A stretch of 64,000 bases of DNA from Massalongia carnosa (Eukaryota), in NCBI GenBank assembly GCA_965645245.1, contig OZ287067.1:1116001-1180000 (forward strand), written 5' to 3'. Both the position numbers and the translations under genes were made by a program. Each line of letters starts with the position of its first letter. The first letter of the stretch is position 1. Positions 1 through 11,900 of this stretch are shown piece by piece. The notes under the pieces were generated by a model. The model was given only the letters and a program-made list of their open reading frames with translations, was not told the origin of the DNA and ran no database searches.

Positions 1-533
1 GTAATCTCTTCACTTGGTACTTTCTTCCATACCTGTGGGTCAATCATTGGCTAGGTAAGAACCCCCAATTCATCAAAGGAAAAGAGAAGAACACACAACT
101 GATGAAAATACAAATAGTCGCAATTACCTATCTCCAGCACACCGACCCTGCAATCCCACACTACGGTTCCCAAACCTGGTCATTCACCCGCGGCGCCGCC
201 GCCACTATCGATCGTGACTTTGGCTTCATAGGCCGTTCACTATTCCACGGCATCATCGAAACACACGTCCTGCACCACTACGTCTCCACCATCCCCTTCT
301 ACCACGCGGGGGAAGCCACCGAAGCCATCAAACCAGTCATGGGCCAACACTACCTCTCCGACACCAAAGAAGGGCCCATCGGATTCATCAAGAATCTCTG
401 GCGAAGCGTGCGATGGTGTCAGTGGGTGGAAGAAAGCCAGGATGCCAAGGGGGAGGGGAAAGACATACTCTTTTACCGGAATCGCAATAATTTGGGAGTG
501 CCGCCAATCGTTATGGAGAAAAAGGTGTCATGA
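1..533 (+). CDS. FAD2: Delta-12 (omega-6) fatty acid desaturase, 3' part (5' end outside window)
   Basis: Exon 1-54 (…TWYFLPYLWVNHWL), GT-AG intron 55-117, then AITYLQHTDP…ATIDRDFGFIGR…HGIIETHVLHH (third His box); stop at 531-533. A delta-15 paralogue cannot be excluded. Confidence 0.88.
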   Translation, partial: NLFTWYFLPYLWVNHWLGKNPQFIKGKEKNTQLMKIQIVAITYLQHTDPAIPHYGSQTWSFTRGAAATIDRDFGFIGRSLFHGIIETHVLHHYVSTIPFYHAGEATEAIKPVMGQHYLSDTKEGPIGFIKNLWRSVRWCQWVEESQDAKGEGKDILFYRNRNNLGVPPIVMEKKVS

Positions 534-1079
534 TGGTTCATTCGCTACTTCCCCCCCCCCCCGGGAAAACTCAGACTCGATGTGTCGGTCGGCTCTGAGA
601 TGAGATGAGAGCCTTATCATTATTATAGGTGGCACTTTCGAATCCCCCCTAAGCTCGGTGGCTAGACCATACCATGGGGTGACCCGCATCTACTTACTAG
701 GATCATGCTTTGTGCTACATAGTTCTCAGCTTTTTGAGGTAAAAAGACTTTCATCCCGAGCTCGGTATCAGACTAGACAACAGCGTGGCGTTCATTCATT
801 CATTCATATTTATTTGGGAAACAAAGATTCCACAAGTCTGTATGTATAGATCGCGTCGATTTTTCCACTCTAGATAGATAGATAGGGGACCTTGTCTTCA
901 ACTCGAACAAGTTCATCCAGATGCATTTATTTGCTCACTAGGTACATTATTATTACATTACAAAGCCATCCCTTGATTCCCATCTTCTCACCCTGTCACC
1001 CTTACTTGCCCAGCCCAGTACAGTACCCTTAGTAAGGGCGCCACGACACGACACAATCGTAACATCCATCTTGACGCAA

Positions 1080-1380
1080 TTATGCAATCATGCAATCATT
1101 TCCTATCTCAATCTCAATATCAATCTCAATCTCAACATCAATATCTAATACTATACTATACTATAATCATGAAAGCTGCAACCTAACCAACCTATCTCGC
1201 CTATCGAGTTTACATACATACATACATACATACATTCTTATTTAAGGATACATACCAGAGATAGTAGATAGTATATCAATTGGTAAGTTAGTGTCCACAC
1301 ACACATATACATACATACATACATACTTTGATGAGTAGGTAGGTAATCTACATACTTTCTGCATTCTGCATTCTGATAGA
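1080..1380. repeat. Microsatellite/low-complexity cluster: (CATA)n, (ATCTCA)n, (TACTA)n, (TCTGCAT)n
   Basis: Short tandem runs seen directly, e.g. TACATACATACATACATAC at ~1210-1235 and ~1306-1327. Confidence 0.7.
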
Positions 1381-1670
1381 GGGAGCGATCGATCGAAGTG
1401 TTATATCATTGTACGTACGAGGTTCTTTGTATTTGGAATTGTTGAAGGTGCTGTAGGCAGCTAGGATTTATATCTATGATGGTACTGTAGGGGTGCTGTA
1501 CTTCGCACGCCCACTGTGATCTTTTGGTCTAGGTAGTCGAATCCCTAAAAAAGAGCACACCGTAGGCATCTATCTATCTACGTTGTGATACATACATACA
1601 TTCGGCCATCTGCAGTTGGCTCTTCCCAAATCATCCCCCTTCATTCATTCAATCAAGCTACATGCCCACT

Positions 1671-4600
1671 CTATGTATTTTTCCTCCGCAGCCGTTTCCA
1701 CATCTTGGCCACCGTGAAACCAGAGCTCGCCGCCGCCGCCACACTCTCTGGTGGATCGTCCCAGAACGAAGCCTTTTTTTCCTCGTTACTTCGGACTCTA
1801 AGTGATGTGTCACTTCGGGGCGATGCGGTGCTTCTGGGCAAGGCGATTGTTTTGGGGGGACTGAGATTCTGCGCCTTGTGCTCCTCCTCCTCCTCATGTC
1901 CGCTCTTATCCGGTGACGAGGCGGATGCATTCCGCGGCGTTTTTTGAGCAGAGTGGTATCGACCGCCTTGTCTGAGGGCCGATTTCATCTGATAATCGAG
2001 AGTTGGATTAGGCATTGGTTTTGCGTACCCGCTTTGTCGGAGCCGTTGTAGTACATTGTCGTTGGTGATGAAGTCCTCCCATGTCGCATATCCTGTTGGG
2101 AGGATACTAGGATTTGCGTTGTTACCTAGAAGTGTGTTTAGTACAGCGTCGTCGCCTTTTTTGGCTGCATGGTAGAGTGCAGTCCTGTTTCCTGAATCTG
2201 TGCTGTTGATGTCCCATCCTTCCTTCAAGAGAAGTTCAGTCATAAGAACATTACCGTGATAAGCGGCATGCCGTAACTGTGTGATCGGCCTGCAACAACG
2301 TGACTTTTTGAAAGCTACTTTACGGATGGTTTTAAGGGAATGGCTATCGAGCTCGAAATCCAACCATTCTTCGGCAGTGAGACCGCTATCGTCGCACAGG
2401 AGACGAGACTCTGAAACGATAGGGTTGTCAATCAATACCTCGATGGTCCGCAAATGCCTTCCCAATGCTGCTAAATGAAGAACTGACCAGCCATGGTTAT
2501 CCTGGGAGGAGCTCGAATCTATCCCACCAGCATTGAGAAGAATCCGAGCAGTATCATCATGCCCCATAAAAGCCGCATGGTGTAGTGGAGTCCAACCGTG
2601 ACATGTTGCCTTGAGAGGATCAGCTCCCTGTCGAAGAAGCTCACTTACAACACCAGTGTGCCCTCCATTTGCCGCGCAATGCAATGGCGAAGTACCATAC
2701 GAGCTGATTGCGTTGATGTCGGCCGCATGGTTCAACAAAGCATGTAAGATCTCCAGATGGCCCTGCTCCACCGCACAGTGGATAGCGGACCATCCTTCGT
2801 GGTCACGACAATTTGGATCGGCGCCATATTCGAGGAGAAGTTGTACCGTATTCAAGTCACCACATGATGCTGCTGCGCCTAATGGTTTCAATCGCGAAGT
2901 ATGAGTCGGATTCACCAGGATCGCTCCCGGGTCCAATCCAGGAGCCCGTCCCTCGGAAAGAAGCAACCTGACTATTGATGAATGGCCAAGATTAGCCGCC
3001 CACCACAGCGCCGACTTTTCATTCGCGCTGGTATCATAGACACTAATGCCAAGGGACAGTAGTAAACTAGTCGCCTTAGGTTGTCCAGCAATGATAGCCC
3101 AGAGGTATGGAGAGAGACCATAGTCGTCAGGAAGGTTAATATCAGCTCCGCAATTTGCTAATAGCTTTATGCCGTCACTGAAGCCGCTTCGTGCAAGGTA
3201 ATGCATCGGTGCCTGCCCCCTGTTATCTTTGGTATTTATTGATTCTCCTGCTTCTTTTTTCAACAACAATTCCATCATAATTGTGTCTGTATTTGGATTG
3301 AGCGCTGCGTAATGCAATGCCGTTCTCCCGTCGTTTGCTTTGCTGCGTACGTTGGCACCTTGTTTTATGAGGGTTTCGGCCGAGGATAGCTCGTTATTCC
3401 AAACTGCGCGATGCAACATCGTCATCCCATCATCGTCCTTATCCTCCAAGTCCAGCCTGTTGACAAAGTCACCGATCTTTTCTTCAGGGATGTCCAAGTC
3501 GCGATCTTCTGCTTCGTCTTCAAAGTCAAGGTCTTCATCATCCAATATGCTGTACATGGATCCACGCAACTCTTTAGCCCCTTCGGCGTCCAATGGTGCA
3601 TCGCTGGCCACGTCTTCAGACTCATCTTGGTTGTCGCTAGGAAGTTTCTGCAGTGTAAGTAGAGCAATTTCTTTCATATGACCGGCAACATGTAAATGAA
3701 ATGCCTCGCTTGTAAAAATGGAATTTAATTGAGCATTTTCCGGGCCTGAAAAGTCGTCGCCAAAGGGACACACTTCAATCTTTTCGAGAATTGGTCTCCT
3801 GGCTGCACTGCTTAGAGTTTGCACGTATGCTGTAGGGACACAATGTTCTTCGGAAGAGTGCTTCTGGAACTCCGTCTCTTGCTCAAAGATCATCGGGGCG
3901 TGTGATGGGGCTCTGCATTCCCATACGTAGCCATGGGCATTCTGCATATGATTCATCCATGCTTTCGATGTTTCGAATGTCGAAGGACCATGCTCGTGTT
4001 GACTTGAGTTCGTGCAAGAGTCGAAGATACAGATGAAAGGCTCCAGATCTCTTATAACGTGATCGCTGGCATTGATTAGACTTTGTAGCACGACATGAAA
4101 CTCACATAAGTACTTACTTCCACCTCATGGTCTTCGTCGACCCCGGAAACTCAACAATGACACCACAATAAGGGCATTCACTTGTCGTCGGGACAGGAGG
4201 GAAGGCTAGCTTATTGTTCACTAGAACAGATCTAGCTCGGGGAGCTTCCACAGCGGAGTTGGCGAGCAGAGCTCCGACAGCGGTTTGTCGAGCAGTGCTT
4301 GCATAAGTCATAGGTGCTGGTTGAAGACGGGCCGATTCCAACTTTTCGTTAATGGCTTTTGGCTGTGACGGCACGCTCGCAGTGAAGCGTACGGTCGAAG
4401 GGCCTTCTAGCACTTTCGGCAGTTGAACAGGTTTCGTGTCTTCTAGTGGATGTTGTGTGCTCAAGGCGATGCGTCTGCGGTGTGATTTTTGATAATACAG
4501 TCGCCGAAGTCGTTGCGCATTTGCTTCGACCAATGCTGAGCAAAGGGCCTTTGGCGCTTGAGGAAATCGGAAGCGAATATAACATTCTGTGTAGAGACGT

Positions 4601-5274
4601 AGTTCGTTGATAGCAGTATTTGCTTCTTCGTTCTCTTTGTATTCCCCTATCTTGCGTGTTCTCGAAGCCGTAGCGGACTTCCGAATAGCATTGGATAAAC
4701 GGAGAAGCCGGGTCACAGTTCCTCCAACGGTATGGATAAGTATTGACTCAACGTTTTGTATTCGAGACTCTTCATCGTCCGAATCGCTCGAGTCATCGGC
4801 AACCCTCTTGGTGACTTGCATACTGCCCTGCTCTGTTATGCGCCGCCTTTTTGCGATCGTTGTTGGCGGTGGCGGTTCGGGCGGCTTGACTACTATCGAA
4901 AATCCCATTAACTTGGCGTCTTGGTTTGTGTAGGCTTGCTCTAGTAGTGACTTACGAGATGTTAAAGAGGCATAGACCACATTCAGAAGCTGATGGATGA
5001 TATCCACAATGGTCGGACTATATCTGAGCCGGTAATCCAGCGAGATGTTGAGAGGCCCAAAGACATCCATATTCGATGTCCATAGCGTGAAGCGCGCCAG
5101 CTGATCGTCCAATATACTTGGATCACGAAGAATTGCCGGAAGGTGCATGCAGTCTTTGAAAAGACGACTGCATTGCTGTGCGTATTCAGCGATCGTGGGA
5201 CCCAGATCATCTTTGAGAAACACGTCTTCCCCAGTTTCCATTTCCATTTCCATTGGAGTCGCAATTGCCGTCAC
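1671..5274 (-). CDS. Ankyrin-repeat protein with N-terminal helical domain and C2H2-like Zn-finger region (accessory type)
   Basis: ORFs 4114-5274 and 1671-4091 join via intron 4117-4066 (GTAAGT…CTAAT…CAG) to give CPYC…WNDHVIRDLEPFICIFDSC; a second in-frame intron is likely at 4955-4893. More than 10 ankyrin repeats (GRTALHYAA, GTSPLHCAANGGH, GWTPLHHAAFMGH). Confidence 0.85.
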
Positions 5275-5539
5275 CCTAGGTCACTGCTGAGGACAATGAC
5301 CTATATTTATGGTGTTCAATTTTGCAGATATGTGGGACACGGTGGGGTTCATTGAGATAATAGAAGGTCGCGGTGAGATGCCGTATAATAAAGTCTTTTT
5401 GGAGGCGAACAGTACAAGTGCTACTAGAGATATGCGGCGACTAGGGATATGCGGTACTAGTACTAAATTCTTTACAACTAGATTATGTTTTAAATATAAT
5501 ATCTATATTATTATTATTATTTTCTTCAACCTCCCCTGA

Positions 5540-5660
5540 GGGGGCGCTTCGGGGGTAACTTTGGGGGGTTAGCTTGGGGGTGACCTTGGGGTCACTTTGG
5601 GGGGGCCTTCTGGGGGGGCTTACGGGGTGGCCTTCTAGGGTTGGCTTTAGGGGGGACACC
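5540..5660 (+). repeat. G-run array (about ten G4-G7 tracts with short spacers), G-quadruplex-prone
   Basis: GGGGGCGCTTCGGGGGTAACTTTGGGGGGTTAGCTTGGGGGTGACCTTGGGG…, followed by (TCTGAAA)x3-4 at ~5696-5727. Confidence 0.7.
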
Positions 5661-6431
5661 TCAAAAGAGGTCCTTCAAGAGGTATTAAATTAGAATCTAA
5701 ATCTGAAATCTGAAATCTGAAATCCAGAAAAAAATTTGTAGTTTGGTTTTGTCCGGGTGTCAACCGTCGTCCGCCTTAGGAACGCCGTGAAGCTTGTAAG
5801 ACTTTTCAACGTCGTAAGACGGCTACCGGCCTCGTTGTGACGGGTTAGACCCGTGTAGAGGATTTGGTGTTATGCACCAGCATTGGTGAGAAACGGAATA
5901 ATTCCGCACGCCAAGACGTTATTCTGTGTTCGAGTAAAGGTCTTCGCTTGCAGGAGGAGAATCTTCTTTTCTTCTCCTCAAGCTATTCTCCTTGTATTAT
6001 AGGATTAGGTTACCTGCGAGCAGATCCGCACGCAACCCCTCACAGTCAGTCTAGTTGTCACCGTCAATGCTCACTGGGAGAGAACAATTCTCTGGCTCTT
6101 GGAAAGCCTCACCCACTAGCGCTAGCGTACAGAGCCATTGGAAGCAAAAGAAACCGCCATGTTAGTCAATATCACCACAACGACCATGGCAATGATCCTG
6201 GATACGAATTCCAGAACAAAACCATCCACCCAATGTTTTCGGCAAGTCAAACGAACATCAATCTCCTCTTTATCCGCGACAGTTCCACGAACATGAAGTG
6301 AAAATGGAATTAAAATAACATGTACTGTCTAGTTCATGAAATCCTGAGTGCATTAGCTTTATCAGCTATTGTAAACTCAAAAAGCAATGTCGACTATAAA
6401 TAGCAATGTTCTACCTCCCTTGTCTCCACAG

Positions 6432-6965
6432 CTACTTCTCAAAATCCTCAGGATCCAGCCCTTTCGGCATCAATCCCTTCACAGTCTTCCAACTCGTCGA
6501 AGCCCCGAAATTCAAATGCTCTGCTGGGTTCTCCATCAATCTTTTCATTCTCCGAGTCTCTGGGTTATCCTGCCCTTCGCATATCACTCTGGATTCATAT
6601 GCCCTCTGTGCAAAAACGCTTGCTCGAGCCTGGTCGCTATGGGTAATACTGATTTGGAAGGCGTCGTAGTAGAGCCTTGCAATCAAGGCACCAGCAGCAC
6701 CACCATTGAATTCCTCCTCAAGGAGTTGGAGTAAAGAACGACAATCTGCCAAACAAGCATCAGGCTTGCCGAAGACGCGGTCTGGGTCTCCGATCGCGTT
6801 ATCTAGATGCTGGATCTGGACACGGCGGGTGTCGCTGACTTGGATTTCGGGAAGCGAGAGGGAACAGATCCCGCAGGCACAGTCGAAGCCAAATGCGCCT
6901 CTAAGGTGAGCGCGCCGGGACGTAGATGGGCCGCCTTTGTCGTAGGAGATGGTGATTTCTTGACG
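6432..6965 (-). pseudogene. 5'-truncated SET-domain (Set5/SMYD-like) methyltransferase remnant
   Basis: EITISY…RRAHLRGAFGFDCACGICS (end of SET plus post-SET Cys cluster) and C-terminal helical region RLYYDAFQI…ARASVFAQRAY; the N-terminal SET core is absent and homology stops near 6965. Confidence 0.75.
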
Positions 6966-7030
6966 TTTGACATGCATGCACAGCGAAGGTTGCACCTCTT
7001 CCGGTTCTAGCAGAGTCAAAGCGAAAACAC

Positions 7031-7126
7031 AATGATTCAGAATTTTAGAAGAAGGCGTGGCATTACAACCGATCTTGTCGTCAACCAAAATGTTCTCAAT
7101 ACGCGTAATCGGATGCTTACTAGCTT
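7031..7126 (+). pseudogene. 96-bp duplicated fragment of the ZNFX1-like gene (matches 14346-14441)
   Basis: Manual alignment gives 89/96 identical; MIQNFRRRRGITTDLVVNQNVLNTRNRMLTS vs MIQNIRRRRGITTDLVVDRNVLNTRNRMLTS. Confidence 0.92.
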
Positions 7127-7430
7127 CTGGCCGACGGCGCGTATAAGCGCTAGATCACGTGATGGGGCTTGTACTGCCAAGGCTCCATTGTTGCGAACCT
7201 TTGCCCTTGACTCGTACATCCATCATCAACATCGGACTTCGTCTCTATCGACCTGTTTCACGAACTGGCAATGTTACGCATGGATTACAAATTCAAACAT
7301 TCTCTCGTCGTGATCGGCCAGCTGGCCCAGGATACCGCTCGAACCCCACCGTCCGAACACGATCCACCTCGAATATGTCGATCGGAGTCTCACGATCCTG
7401 GGTCGGACGTTCGATGCCTACAGCCAAAGA

Positions 7431-8447
7431 ATGCAACAAGAAGTTCTTGGTCAGCGTGAATTCATTGCATCTCAGTTTCGCGAAGTGGAAAAGAAGATGG
7501 ATGAACGCTTCCAGAAGGTCGACCGTCGCTTTGAAGAGGCGGAGAAGAAGATGGATGAACGCTTCCAGAAGGTCGACCGTCGCTTTGAAGAGGTGGAGAA
7601 GAAGATGGATGAACGCTTCCAGGAGGTCGACCGTCACTTTGATAAGCAAGAGGGCGAGATTCGGGATGTTAAAGTCCAACTTGAGAATGCTGCAGCAATC
7701 ACCAGAAACGGCCGCCTCCGTCGAATGCATCAGCCTATCAATCTCATCAAAGTCCTCAACAATTTTGTGTGGACCTCCCATCCTCAAGTACCCAAACATA
7801 TGAAAAATACATACATTCTGGGTCAGCGAGCAAAAGGCGTATTTGAACCTAGCTGGGAGGGAAAGCCAAACCAACAAAGTATGTATTTGATGGCCCGTTG
7901 CTTCATCTAAAAAGCGTTTTTGCTATTCTTCCATTTGTATGGAAAATGCTTCTGTGCTCTCTGCTATATAGGAATGCAATTTATTGGCGTGACAGGTCTT
8001 GCTAACGTTTTCTGTATAGAAGCACAGGCCAAGCAGAAAGCCCTATGTCAGGGCTTAGTCAGAGACGGATAGGTTTTCTCCCGAAACCCCAGGCATTTGC
8101 CAAAAGACCAAGTTGACTGATCGAAAGATCAGTCCCCTATCCTACTATAGAACCGTGACACCCTACGTGCGATTAGTGAACTGGCGAGTTTTTATAATAT
8201 TGTTATCTGGTCGGATGATGAAAGTGAAAGCGATGCCACTGAGGTCGTGCTTCAAGAGTTGACCGTTGATGATTACATGGAGGCATTACTGGCTGAATGG
8301 GGGATGGATTGGCAAAAGGTTCTCAGGCTTGGGATGCAACATATGCAGGCTCAGCCACAGCAGGCAGGGGTAAAACGGGCAGGCGATGCGAATAGTAGAG
8401 AGGAGAAGAAGAAAACTAGGGGAGAGAGGGAAGAGGAATCAGATTAA
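7431..8447 (+). CDS. Hypothetical coiled-coil repeat protein (multi-exon; start uncertain)
   Basis: ORF 7431-7910 with three 18-aa repeats; GTATGT donor at 7879 and GCTAAC…TAG acceptor at 8019; last exon reads NRDTLRAISELASFYNIVIW…LLAEWGMDWQKV to stop at 8447. The frame is open upstream of 7431 to ~7314 without an ATG. Confidence 0.6.
7482..7643 (+). repeat. 54-bp coding tandem repeat x3 (E[V/A]EKKMDERFQKVDRRFE)
   Basis: ATGGATGAAC recurs at 7497, 7551 and 7605. Confidence 0.92.
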
Positions 8448-8927
8448 ACAACGATGGATTTTATTTAAAACGGTTCGGTAGGAGAGCTTTTGAGATACAG
8501 TCTGTCAATGAAATTTTGTATTTCTTACCACAAGAGTATTTTCAAGATACTATTCTTATTCTTATTCTTTATGTACAGGATAGGCTTTTGTTTTTAAATA
8601 ATGTGTTCGTTATTGATAGCATAAGAAAGACCTCGTAGACGAATACCAGCTCCGCAGGTCCCTAAGAAATCTAGAGTCAGTGGCGCCAATGGACTTAAGA
8701 TGCTTGAAGACCTGCTAGTATCCACAAATTACATAGCAATAAGAGTTAGCATCTTTCCGGAGAAGCCAACGGTTGGTGAAAACGTATACTACTGTTGCCA
8801 TACTAGTCACGTGATTGCTCCGCACCTGCGATGGCGGATTTAGGCTCGACGGCTTGTGACTCGAATTGAACGCCAGGCTGCAGCTTCATCTTCCCAATTA
8901 CCACACTCTACCTTCCCAGGAGAAAGA

Positions 8928-11900
8928 ATGCCTCCTATCGAAGGGTCAGTATATATCCCTCACTAAAGCATTGGTCATATCTAATAATCAACCAGGAAAC
9001 GGTGCTTCGCGTTCGCCCGTGGAAGATGCTCATACGGTGCAAATTGCAAGTACCTCCATGATCAAAATCCCTGCGGCGGAGCTCAACAACTAAACCTGAA
9101 AGTCTGCAAACATTATAGGGCAGCCCGAGGATGCGATCGTGGAAAGTCGTGTCCACTCCTGCATGAAGATACACAAGGGCAACCGGCTTCAGCTAATCCA
9201 CAACCGCCAGCAGCTCGACATGAAGAAGGAAGACCTCAGAGTGAATTGTTGACTTGGATTCGCATGGTACCAGAATCTGCCCTTCCGGCTCGGCCATTGG
9301 GGCAGAAGCTACCGCACTTCTTTCGGTTGGCCTGGAGGCTGGTGTCAGAGGGACAGCCCGGAACAAGGCAACAAGTTATAACAAAAGTAGCGTCCGAAGG
9401 AGGCCTGCACCGAGTCAAAGAGCTCACGGAGACTAGATTTGAGGACATCTCAGATGACCAGCAAATAGCCGTCCTCAAGGAAGCCATGATACCCTTCTTT
9501 CAGGCCATTTCGCATGATGACGTACTCTCCTCTTTACTTTTAGAGACCGCGGTTGACACTATTTACAACTTCCTATTTGGACCTTCAGGGCGCCGTGCCA
9601 TCAGATTGTTTACGTACGTTGCACCTATATTACGTGCTATTAAGTCTTCCTCCGAGTCAAACGTCGTCTTCGCGTACATCGAAGCAAGCCTTGTTGTACT
9701 GCAGAAGATCGTCGATCTCAATGGAACGGCACTTATCTTGGCAGAGTTCCATCCCTTACTTCAGACGATGTCCGACTGTGTTGGGGAAGATATTACGTTG
9801 GCTGATAACCTGTCAATGCATCGGTCGCGTCAATGCCTCTCAAGGATTCAACGTCGGCTTGACCTGGGTAGCGCGATGTCTTCAGCCCAGATGGTGTCGA
9901 AACACATAACGGATCCTCTCGTGACATTTGAGATCCACCAAGATATGCCGGGATCGCTCTCGATGGAAGGTCCACGTCACGACAATGATCATAAGGACAT
10001 CACAGATATCAAAATCATGCCAACCACGCAGGAGGTACAGTCTCATCGATTGGAATATCTCCCATTCCGTGACCCTGGTGCATGGCATCTCCCTGGTATC
10101 AAAGGGTTACTCGACCGTCAATTTCGATTGCTCCGGGAAGACACAGTGGGCCAACTCCGCGACGCTGTTGGACTAGAGGTCGAAAGGCTTCGCAACGCCG
10201 GCCGTAGTCGAGAGGCCACTAAGAACTCTAAACAAGGCCCACGAACTATTGCCTATAAAGACTCGGATCTCATAGATGTCGAGTTCGACAAGTGGAAAGG
10301 CCTTCAAGTTTCCCTCGAATTCGACCAGCCACCTGCTGTTCTCAAGATGAGCCCAACTCAGCGGCGGGACTGGTGGGAGAATTCTAAACAGTTACAGGTG
10401 GATTCCCTACTTTGTTTGGTCAACTCTGAAGGTGGAACTATTTTTCTGTCTGCCGCCCAACAGATCAACGCACGCGACGGAGGACCGACCACTGATATCA
10501 ATGGCGGACATGGCGCACCCACGGGTGACGAGGTTGCACCTGAGGGCCATTCATCCCAAATTGAACCTCGAAATCTCTTCAACCATCCTCAGCGTGCTGT
10601 TGCTACTTTCTAACCAGTGGATACCTACAGGCATGATATCAAGCATATTGTCAACATTTTCAGGAGACGGCGCCACTCACCCCAATCCCTGGTTGAATTT
10701 CCGGGCGTCCTGCTACCGTCGTTCCGCCCGACCTTGCAGGCACTACAGCAAATGAGTCGAGACACGGAGCTCCCGTTCGCCGAATTCTTAGCGCCTCCAC
10801 CTCTACGTGAGAGGGACCTATACGTCCCACCGCCGCCTTACGCGCTTCGAGAAGGGTTTAGATTCGATCTTAGCTGCCTCCTTACCGACGGTGGATATCT
10901 GACACTGTCGCCGGGAAAGAGATTTGATCATCAAGCATTGCTGCGAGGCTCGACTCTCGACAAGGCACAGGCAGCTGCGTTGGTGGATGCGCTTTGCCGG
11001 AGCCTCGCTTTGATCCAAGGTCCTCCAGGAACGGGTAAAAGCTATACGGGAATTGCGCTCATCAAAGTCCTGTTGAAAAACCGCGATAAGGCTCATCTTG
11101 GCCCAATCATCTGCGTCTGCTACACAAACCACGCACTAGATCAGTTACTTGAACATCTCGTCCGTGACGGCATCAAGCATATTATCCGTCTAGGATCGAG
11201 GTCGAAGTCTCAATTACTTGAACCACTCAACCTACGTCAGATTTCGCAACAACAGAGCAAGACGAAACCGGAGAAGCACAAAGAGTGGGAGCTCCGAAGT
11301 GAAATCGACTCGAACTCTTCGGAAATACAAGGTCTGCTGTCCGACTTGAAAAGAGCGGACACTTGGAAGAGCATCAAGACATACCTGGAGGCGAACCAAC
11401 CCCACCATCACGATGAACTGTTCGGCGACGAAGAAGATGGTTTTCAGACTGTGCATCACGACTTGGGTAAAGTAATCAGCAAATGGCTCCATCCAAAGCC
11501 CAGCGTGAACGATAGCCAAGGACGCAGAGCCCGCCAAGTTCGAACGCTTGTTCTCGCTAGCTTACAAGACATGAGCCAAGAAGAACGGCACAAGCTCCAC
11601 GGACATTGGGTCACAGAAATCACAGATTGCATTCGGGAGAACTTATGCAGAGCTATAAGGTCGTATACCAAAGCTAAAGACACTCTTAATCAATGCCGAC
11701 AGGAGCTGAACCTGCGTTGTTTACAGCAAGCGCATGTCATCGGAGTGACGACGACTGGCCTGGCAAAGAACCTTAACATCCTACGCCGTCTTCGCTCAAA
11801 GGTGATGCTTTGCGAAGAAGCTGGCGAGGTGCTTGAAACTCATACCATCACCGCATTACTTCCTCAGATTGAGCACTCCATATTGATTGGAGACCATCAG

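Noticed and set aside
5540..5660. Interstitial telomere
   Set aside because: Only an isolated TTAGGG; G-run length and spacers are irregular.
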